Positions 1 to 6,471 of a stretch of DNA of 26,303 nucleotides are shown in pieces. The translations under genes and the position numbers were made by a program. Origin of the DNA: a virus (lineage: Duplodnaviria; Caudoviricetes). How positions within the stretch are numbered: position 1 is the first letter of the stretch; every line of letters starts with the position of its first letter. A model generated the notes under the pieces. The model was not told the DNA's origin. It was given only the letters and a program-made list of their open reading frames with translations, and did not search any database. The stretch lies in IMG/VR virus record IMGVR_UViG_3300033412_000058, positions 1 through 26,303 of that record; one strand, written 5' to 3'.

Positions 1-77
1 TCGCAGCAGAGATTGACGAGGCGATACTGATAGGAGGGGAGAATGGCAACGGAACCAACGGGAAGGGCGGGGCGTGA
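1..77 (+). CDS. 3' end of an upstream gene (partial; ...AAEIDEAILIGGENGNGTNGKGGA*)
   Basis: Frame 3 is open from the window edge to TGA at 75-77, just before the GTG at 81. An alternative 13-codon mini-ORF (ATG 43 to TGA 84) has an AGGAGG RBS. Confidence 0.35.
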   Translation, partial: AAEIDEAILIGGENGNGTNGKGGA

Positions 78-80
78 GTC

Positions 81-365
81 GTGAGGGCATTTATTGCGGT
101 GCTGATAGTGATTGGGGCGGCGGTCGTAATGAAGGAGAAGAAGATCGGTGAGCAGCTCCGCAAGCTCAGGGAGGGGCGCGGCATGTCGCAGACGGACCTG
201 GCGAGGAAGGTGCGCTGCTCCCAGGAGAACATCTCGGTGTACGAGAACAGCGACATGAGCATGCAGCTCGGCACCATCAAGCGGATAGCCAAGGCGCTCG
301 GGGCAAGGGCCACGCTGGTTATCGAGGAGGTCAAGCGTGCCGACGCTGTACCCGCTGACGGCTGA
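81..365 (+). CDS. XRE/Cro-family helix-turn-helix protein
   Basis: IGEQLRKLREGRGMSQTDLARKVRCSQENISVYENS...LGTIKRIAKALG fits the HTH_3 pattern. The start is either GTG 81 (adds a hydrophobic 16-aa N-terminus) or ATG 129. Confidence 0.85.
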   Translation: MRAFIAVLIVIGAAVVMKEKKIGEQLRKLREGRGMSQTDLARKVRCSQENISVYENSDMSMQLGTIKRIAKALGARATLVIEEVKRADAVPADG

Positions 366-543
366 GGACTTCCGCGATCTCGCACACACAGACGACCTAA
401 TCGACAGCTTCAGTTGGACCATCAAGAGAACTGGTGAGCCTTGCAGGCGGCACCTGTTCTCGTCCCTGAGGCTCGCCCAGCAGGTGGGGATGCGAAAGGA
501 GTACGGGCGCAAGTACTGCGTGCACTGCCATGCGAAAGGATAG
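337..543 (+). CDS. small hypothetical protein with Cys/His motifs (CRRH...CVHCH), possibly Zn-binding
   Basis: GTG start preceded by GAGGAGG, overlapping the HTH gene; C-x2-H and C-x2-C pairs. Confidence 0.55.
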   Translation: MPTLYPLTAEDFRDLAHTDDLIDSFSWTIKRTGEPCRRHLFSSLRLAQQVGMRKEYGRKYCVHCHAKG

Positions 544-654
544 GGAGATGAACTCGCTGCGGAGCAAAATACGAAGCGACTCCGCTCATGGTTGGAGAAC
601 AAGAAGCAGCGCAAGAGCGCTAGCGGTGGGAGTGCCGTTGAGCAAACGAGCTAC

Positions 655-685
655 TTGACAAGGCTTTCGGCGACAGCGATACCAT
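655..685 (+). promoter_or_regulatory. putative sigma70-type promoter for the terminase gene, possibly giving a leaderless mRNA
   Basis: TTGACA at 655-660 and TACCAT at 680-685. The 19-nt spacer is longer than ideal. GTG 692 lies 6 nt after the -10 with no SD. Confidence 0.35.
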
Positions 686-691
686 TCCGGT

Positions 692-2167
692 GTGGACAAG
701 GCGGCTAGAGACCGGCTCGCACGGCACCTCGCGACCCTCCCGCTAGAGCAGCGCAAGGTCGTCCTCGACCAGATTCAGGGCTACGTCCCGCCCGTGCGGC
801 GGACGAAGTACATGCCCCCGACGCTCTCCTTCAAGCAGGAGGCGTTCCTCCGCGCGCCCAACCTGGAGATTCTCTACGGCGGGGCTGCCGGTGGCGGCAA
901 GACTGCCGGGATGCTCGCGGCTGCGCTCCAGTACGCGGACCAGCCGAACTACGATGCGCTCATCATCCGCAGGACCCACGCAGAGCTGGAGATGCCCGGG
1001 GCCACGATCTCCCTGGCTAAGCGCTGGCTGGGGGGCAGCGACGCCGCATGGGTCAAGGGGAACCATTATGAGTTCCCCCTGGGGGCCACGCTCAACTTCG
1101 GCTACCTCTCCCGCGACGACGACAAGTGGCAGTACCAGTCTGCGAACTACAACTTCATCGGCATCGACGAGGCGGCTGAGTTCCCGAACGAGGACACCTA
1201 CAAGTTCCTGTTCTCGCGGCTCCGGCGCGGGGCCGAGATCAAGATTCCCTCGCGCATGCGCCTGGGGGCGAACCCGATCGGGCCTGGGGCCAACTGGCTC
1301 AAGCGCAGGTTCATCACCTGCCCGTTCGACCCGGCGCTCGCCGAGGAACCCTGTGAGGTCTGCCAGCACTACCACTGGAAGGACCACTGCGACGCCGAGA
1401 AGTGCGACTGCCCCTACAACCCCAACTCCGAGCCCCGCCTCTACATCCCGGCGCGCCTTGAGGACAACCCGTTCCTCGACAAGATCGCCTACAAGCGCTC
1501 GCTCTCGAACCTCGACCCGTACACGCGCGTCGCGCTTGAGAGCGGCGACTGGAACGCGAAGCCCCCGGGCAAGATGTTCCGCCGCGAGTGGTTCATCCCC
1601 GTGCCGGGCGGCCCAGCCGACCCGTTCACCGCACGCGTGCGTTTCTGGGACCTGGCCGCGACCGCCGAGGACAAGAACAAGAACCCGAGCTATACCTGCG
1701 GCGCGAAGCTCAGCTACCACAACGGGCTCTATACGGTGGAGCACGTGGTGCGAAAGCGCGCCACCCCGGGCGACGTGAAGGATCTGGTCAAGACGACCGC
1801 ATACGCCGACGGCCCGAGCGTGGCGATCTGGATCGAGCAGGAGCCCGGGTCGTCCGGCATCGCCGTGATCGCGGACTACATCAGGTTCCTGCCGCAGTTC
1901 GTCGTGCGCCCGTTCAAGGCGACGGGCGAGAAGACCGTGCGGGCCGCGCCGTTCGCCTCCCAGTGCGAGGCCAAGAATGTGCGCATGGTGACGGCACCCT
2001 GGAACGAGCCCTACCTTGAGGAGATGGAGCAGTTCCCGAGCGGCACGGTGAAGAACGACCAGGTGGACGCGAGCTCGGGCGCGTACAACGTGCTAGTCAA
2101 CTACCCGGACTTCTCCGCGATCGCCAGCTACGGCGAGCGGACGAAGCCAGACTGGAACTTCGGATGA
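692..2167 (+). CDS. terL: terminase large subunit (Terminase_6-type ATPase plus RNase H-like nuclease)
   Basis: Walker A YGGAAGGGKT, Walker B FIGIDEA, coupling motif GANP, nuclease acidic motifs RFWDLA, IWIEQE and NDQVDA; lies upstream of the portal. Confidence 0.95.
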   Translation: MDKAARDRLARHLATLPLEQRKVVLDQIQGYVPPVRRTKYMPPTLSFKQEAFLRAPNLEILYGGAAGGGKTAGMLAAALQYADQPNYDALIIRRTHAELEMPGATISLAKRWLGGSDAAWVKGNHYEFPLGATLNFGYLSRDDDKWQYQSANYNFIGIDEAAEFPNEDTYKFLFSRLRRGAEIKIPSRMRLGANPIGPGANWLKRRFITCPFDPALAEEPCEVCQHYHWKDHCDAEKCDCPYNPNSEPRLYIPARLEDNPFLDKIAYKRSLSNLDPYTRVALESGDWNAKPPGKMFRREWFIPVPGGPADPFTARVRFWDLAATAEDKNKNPSYTCGAKLSYHNGLYTVEHVVRKRATPGDVKDLVKTTAYADGPSVAIWIEQEPGSSGIAVIADYIRFLPQFVVRPFKATGEKTVRAAPFASQCEAKNVRMVTAPWNEPYLEEMEQFPSGTVKNDQVDASSGAYNVLVNYPDFSAIASYGERTKPDWNFG

Positions 2168-2493
2168 AAATGTTCCAAGTGGCGATAAAGCTGCTGCTCG
2201 ACGAGCTTGAGACGGGGACACACACCTGCTGCACGAAGTGCGCGGCCCTCGGGTTCATGATCAACTGCGTGATGACCTTCTTCATGGCCACGCGCCCCGA
2301 CCTGTCCGACGAGGACCAGAAGAACATGACGCTCGCGCTGAGCGCGATGGTCGTCGGCGGGGAGTGGGCCGAGCTGAAGGTCATGATGGAGAAGATGTTC
2401 GAGGGCCTCTCGACGGAGGAGGTCGACGCGGTGAACGAGACCGCGACGAAGAACCGCGACGAGTACATGACGTTGCGCGGGAAGGTGCAGTGA
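2164..2493 (+). CDS. hypothetical protein
   Basis: ATGA overlap with the terL stop, high GC3 codon usage, C-C-x2-C motif. Confidence 0.7.
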   Translation: MKMFQVAIKLLLDELETGTHTCCTKCAALGFMINCVMTFFMATRPDLSDEDQKNMTLALSAMVVGGEWAELKVMMEKMFEGLSTEEVDAVNETATKNRDEYMTLRGKVQ

Positions 2494-2663
2494 ACTGGTA
2501 CTGCCAGGAGTGCCAGCGCTTCGTCGGCGCCGAGCCGGGCACAGAGCACGACGGCCACAAGCAGCGCATCGTCGGCATCCGCGACGACATCCTGAAGGAC
2601 GCGATCAAGCGGCTGATCTTCGAGCTGCGCGTCACGGACAGGCTCGTGGAGTTCAAAACGTAG
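2490..2663 (+). CDS. small Zn-finger-like protein (MNWYCQECQRFV...EHDGHK...), 57 aa
   Basis: GTGA overlap with the previous stop; C-x2-C...H-x2-H; corresponds to the 3' part of track ORF 2238..2663. Confidence 0.65.
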   Translation: MNWYCQECQRFVGAEPGTEHDGHKQRIVGIRDDILKDAIKRLIFELRVTDRLVEFKT

Positions 2664-2689
2664 CCAAGTCCGCCCCGTTGTGATACAGT
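2661..2689 (+). promoter_or_regulatory. putative extended -10 promoter upstream of the portal leader
   Basis: TAGCCA at 2661-2666, 17-nt spacer, TG-A-TACAGT at 2681-2689 (TGnTAnnnT). Confidence 0.45.
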
Positions 2690-2692
2690 CCC

Positions 2693-2801
2693 GGCGACCA
2701 CGGCGCTATGGTGCGCAGGGAGAGCCTGCGACGGGTTTGTCTCGGACGCGCTCTCGCCGGCCGCCGAGTACTCTTCCCCTATGAAACACGCCGTGGTCGC
2801 C
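2693..2801 (+). ncRNA. putative structured RNA (leader or standalone) before the portal gene
   Basis: Perfect 13-bp inverted repeat GGCGACCACGGCG (2693-2705) / CGCCGTGGTCGCC (2789-2801) enclosing AGGGGAGAG/CTCTTCCCCT and CTCGG/CCGAG pairings. Confidence 0.5.
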
Positions 2802-2821
2802 AACAGACCTGAGCGACGACT

Positions 2822-5800
2822 ATGGCAACGCGCCCCCAGTCAAAGCGTAAGTTCAAGTCCACCATCCCGCCGAAGCGCCCCAGCAGCAGGGGCGGCGGCA
2901 ACACGTCCGGCTTTCCGCTCGGCTCCGAAGTCAGCACCGTCAGCTCGTACCTCTACCTGACGCGCCCGTACCCCTACAATCCCGACGACATCATCGGGAA
3001 GAAGGGGGTCAGGAAGTACACCGAGATGGCGCGCGACGAGCAGATCAAGGCGGCGATGCTCGCCAAGCAGTTCTCCGTCATCGCGCCCGGTTGGGAGGTC
3101 GTCCCGTCCGCCCACGAGAAGCAGTCCGAGAAGGACGACGCCGAGGACGTGGCCGACTTCGTCGAGCAGAACTTCAACGACATGGCCGGCAGCTTCGACA
3201 CCAAGCTGATCGAGATGCTGAGCGCGCTCATCTACGGGTACTCGGTCGCGGAGAAGGTCTTCTGGCTGATCGACTACGGCGACTACGAGGGCCGGGTCGG
3301 GCTGAAGGAGCTGAAGTTCCGCAACCCCGAGGGGTTCGACTTCGACATGGACCCGTACGGGAACCTGTACCCCGACGGCGTCCTCCAGGCGCAGCGCCGG
3401 CTCCCCGCCGAGAAGTTCGTCATCTACAGCTACCGCAAGAAGTTCTCGAACTACTACGGCGACAGCGACCTGCGCGAGTGCTACAGGCCGTGGTGGGCCA
3501 AGGACAACGTGATCAAGTTCATGATGATCACGCTGGAGCGCTACGGCGAGCCGACCTGGGTGTTCAACGCCTCGGGCGGCCTCAGCGGCGAGACGAAGTC
3601 GCTGCTTGAGAACTTCATGCGGGACATCCAGAGCAAGTCCGGGCTGATCCTGCCCGACACGATCCAAGCCGACCCCAAGAGCCCCGCCACCGACGCCGGG
3701 CGCACCTACATCCCCGTCCTGGAGTACCTCGACGGCCTGATCAGGGGCGCGCTCGGCCTGCCTTCGCTGATCGGCGCGTCCACCAGCGAGAAGGAGGTGG
3801 GCAGCCTCGCGCGGTCGCAGACGCAGTTCGACCTGTGGGTGACTCTCATGGAGTACATCCGCCACGACGTGGAGGCGAACCTCAACGAGCAGGTGATCAA
3901 GCCTCTCGTCGACATGAACTTCGAGGTGCTCGACGGGCTCTATCCGGTGTTCCGCTTCAAGGCGCTCACCGAGGACCAGAAGACCAAGCAGTTCGAGGAG
4001 TACCTGAAGGGGCTCAGCGGCAAGGCCCTCACCAAGACGCGCGAGGACGAGAACTTCTTCCGCGAGCGCCTGGAGATGCCGCTCCTGTCCGAGGACTACC
4101 CGGTCGCGGGCGAGGTCACCCCCGAGATGCAGCAGCAGCAGGACCAGATGGCGAAGGAGCAGCACGACGCCATGATCGCCACGATGAACGCGAAGGCGGA
4201 GAACGGCGGCGCCGGGCTGCCGGGCGGCGGCGGCTTCCCGCCGAAGGCCGCGAAAAAGGACAACGCGGAGGCGGAGGCCGTAGTCGGCGATGTCGTCAGG
4301 CCGCAGCAGCAGGAGCTCAAGTTCGAGACCGAGAAGGAGCGCCACGCCCGCGAGTACCGCGAGTGGAAGGACAAGCAGCTCCTCCAGGACCACCTGATCA
4401 ACCACGAGCGCAACCGCGACCTGACCGGCCCGGACGCGCGCCACGTCTCGACCTACATGCACGGCACGGTCTCCATGCAGTACCTCGACGTGCCGGGCGT
4501 GGACGAGATGCACCGGGCGATGGGCATGGAGCCCGACCTCGACACCGAGCCGAAGAAGTACGCGCAGGCGCGCGCACGGCTGTTCAACAAGCAGCCGAAG
4601 CGCCGGGTGCCGCTCTCCGACATCCGCTTCACGCAGACCCACGTGCACAGCGGGCGCGTCGAGGAGATGTCGCACGACCCCGAGGCGCTGAACAAGCACG
4701 TGCAACTCCTCAAGGGCGGCGGCTCGCACTACCTCATGGACGGCCACCACAGGGTCGTCGCCCGCCACCTCGCCGGCAAGAAGTTCGTGCAGGCGCAGGT
4801 GTTCGAGCCGAAGAAGAAGTTCTGGGACGAGGACGCCCACCCGAGGCACCCGTCCGGGTCCGACCGTGGGGGAGAGTTCGCACCGAAGGGCGAAGGGGAC
4901 CGCGCTGGCGAGGCCAAGGGACGCAAGGAGGGCTCCGGCAGCATAGCTGACCTGATCAGCCGGCCGACCCCCGAGAATCCGAATATTGACGCAAATAAAG
5001 ACGGAATTACCGATGCGGCCAGGGTCGGAGTGCCCGGACTCCAGACTCCGCCTCCGCCCCCAGATATTCCACGACTCCCCAACCTGACACATGAGGAGCG
5101 GGCCGTGGAGAGCAACTTCGCGGAGGCCTACGAGGCGAACCCGTCCGACATGGTGTCCGCATACCTCAATCAAGTGACGACTTCCGGCGCTCCGAACACC
5201 TTCTCCACCGACGACGCGAAGATGCTCTCGCCCGACTACGCGCGGAGCAACGACAACAAGGCCGTCTACAACGTGGCCGTGCATCAGACGGCCAACGCAG
5301 TCGCGAAGAACGCCTTCGCGCGCTACCTCGACGAGGTGGTGTCGAAGCTGCCGAAGGACCAGCAGACGATCCTCGTCACAGCCGGAGGCGTGGCCGCAGG
5401 CAAGGGCTATGCGCTCGGGAACATCGACTCGGCGAAGTCCGTGGCGTCGAAGGTCGGCGCTGTGTGGGACACGGCCGGCGAGCAGAACTCGACCGAGCTG
5501 CCCTGGGTCATGGACGAGGCGGCGAAGCGCGGCATGCGCGTTGTCTACGCCTACGTCGACGCCGACCCGATCACGACCTTCGAGCGGGTGGTCTCGCGCG
5601 CGCAGAAGACGGGCCGCATGGTCGACGCCGACCTCTACGCAGACAGCTACGCGATCGGCGCGCGCAACTTCCAGACCTTCGCCTCCAAGAACTCCGGCAA
5701 GGCGGACTTCCTGTACCTCTCGAACCGCACGGCCAAGCCCTCGCTGCTCGACAGCTTCCCGAAGGACGCTCTCGTTGACCGTGAGACCGTCTATCGCGCG

Positions 5801-5887
5801 GCGAAGAAGTATGTGTCAGCAAAGGCAGACAGCCTGAGCCCCGCCGTGCTCGCGGGTGCGACCATCGGAGAGCGCCTGTGGCACTGA
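2822..5887 (+). CDS. portal protein (Mu gp29/DUF935-like, about aa 40-430) fused to C-terminal ParB/Srx-like and zeta-toxin-like P-loop kinase domains
   Basis: Portal motifs LSALIYGYSVAEKVF, YGDSDLRECYRPWWAK, LERYGEP, GSLARSQ and QVIKPLVDMNF; ParB-like YLMDGHHRVVA at 4730-4762; Walker A AGGVAAGKG at 5381-5407; ERVVSRAQKTGRMV. Confidence 0.9.
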   Translation: MATRPQSKRKFKSTIPPKRPSSRGGGNTSGFPLGSEVSTVSSYLYLTRPYPYNPDDIIGKKGVRKYTEMARDEQIKAAMLAKQFSVIAPGWEVVPSAHEKQSEKDDAEDVADFVEQNFNDMAGSFDTKLIEMLSALIYGYSVAEKVFWLIDYGDYEGRVGLKELKFRNPEGFDFDMDPYGNLYPDGVLQAQRRLPAEKFVIYSYRKKFSNYYGDSDLRECYRPWWAKDNVIKFMMITLERYGEPTWVFNASGGLSGETKSLLENFMRDIQSKSGLILPDTIQADPKSPATDAGRTYIPVLEYLDGLIRGALGLPSLIGASTSEKEVGSLARSQTQFDLWVTLMEYIRHDVEANLNEQVIKPLVDMNFEVLDGLYPVFRFKALTEDQKTKQFEEYLKGLSGKALTKTREDENFFRERLEMPLLSEDYPVAGEVTPEMQQQQDQMAKEQHDAMIATMNAKAENGGAGLPGGGGFPPKAAKKDNAEAEAVVGDVVRPQQQELKFETEKERHAREYREWKDKQLLQDHLINHERNRDLTGPDARHVSTYMHGTVSMQYLDVPGVDEMHRAMGMEPDLDTEPKKYAQARARLFNKQPKRRVPLSDIRFTQTHVHSGRVEEMSHDPEALNKHVQLLKGGGSHYLMDGHHRVVARHLAGKKFVQAQVFEPKKKFWDEDAHPRHPSGSDRGGEFAPKGEGDRAGEAKGRKEGSGSIADLISRPTPENPNIDANKDGITDAARVGVPGLQTPPPPPDIPRLPNLTHEERAVESNFAEAYEANPSDMVSAYLNQVTTSGAPNTFSTDDAKMLSPDYARSNDNKAVYNVAVHQTANAVAKNAFARYLDEVVSKLPKDQQTILVTAGGVAAGKGYALGNIDSAKSVASKVGAVWDTAGEQNSTELPWVMDEAAKRGMRVVYAYVDADPITTFERVVSRAQKTGRMVDADLYADSYAIGARNFQTFASKNSGKADFLYLSNRTAKPSLLDSFPKDALVDRETVYRAAKKYVSAKADSLSPAVLAGATIGERLWH

Positions 5888-6471
5888 GCCTCGTCGACGA
5901 ACTCAAGCATGGGATGCTCCAGAACCTCACCGAGGCGATGGCGGACCCGGACGCGTGGGACGAGAAGGAGGCTGAGCGCCAAGAGGGCTTCCACCCGGTC
6001 GACCTCGACGAAGTAAAAAAAAACAGCTTCCCTGATCACAAGGGCAGGCCGGGACTGAGGGGCGGCAGCCTGCCGCGAGGCGAGTCCGACCAGGAGGTGG
6101 ACGAGCTGAAGGAGAAGGCCGTCAAGTCGGGGGGCTTCACCTACAACCCCGTGCGCTGGAAGGACCGCGAGCCGCCGAAGAACGGCTTCGCGCTGAGCGT
6201 GCGCAAGGACACCGAGAAGGTCGTGGACCTCAGCGCCAAGCGCGACGAGCTGCGCAAGCAGCTGAAGCAGTACATCCACGAGCACCGCGCCGACATCAAG
6301 GCGCAGGGCAACTTCCTCGGCGGCTGGATCGACAACGGCAAGCTCTACCTCGACATCTCGAAGGTCGTGGGCGAGAGGCAGAAGGCGATCGAGCTGGCGC
6401 AGAAGGCGGACCAGCTGGCGATCTTCGACCTGGGCAAGGGCGAGACGATCGACGTGAAGAAGGCGGCGTGA
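5878..6471 (+). CDS. effector-array protein: acidic N-terminal peptide, HKGRPGLRGGSLP tag and an uncharacterised alpha/beta domain
   Basis: Start overlaps the portal stop; domain pattern GGFTY...GFALS...FLGGWIDNGKLYLDIS...A...A...DQLAIFDL. Confidence 0.8.
   Translation: MALSLVDELKHGMLQNLTEAMADPDAWDEKEAERQEGFHPVDLDEVKKNSFPDHKGRPGLRGGSLPRGESDQEVDELKEKAVKSGGFTYNPVRWKDREPPKNGFALSVRKDTEKVVDLSAKRDELRKQLKQYIHEHRADIKAQGNFLGGWIDNGKLYLDISKVVGERQKAIELAQKADQLAIFDLGKGETIDVKKAA

Noticed and set aside
541-708. Possible TAG read-through or recoding: the frame after stop 541-543 continues as GDELAAEQNTKRLRSWLENKKQRK...
   Set aside because: TAG serves as a normal stop elsewhere (2663, 22665, 24027, 24373) and long genes have no in-frame TAG. 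A local nonsense mutation cannot be excluded but is unsupported.
4250-4260. G AAA AAG near the end of the portal core as a frameshift producing a short portal
   Set aside because: It is not a full X XXY YYZ heptamer, and the -1 frame runs on to 4950 as non-protein-like sequence instead of stopping.
4986-5014. TTGACG in an AT-rich patch inside the portal extension as an internal promoter
   Set aside because: There is no convincing -10 hexamer at 16-18 nt spacing.
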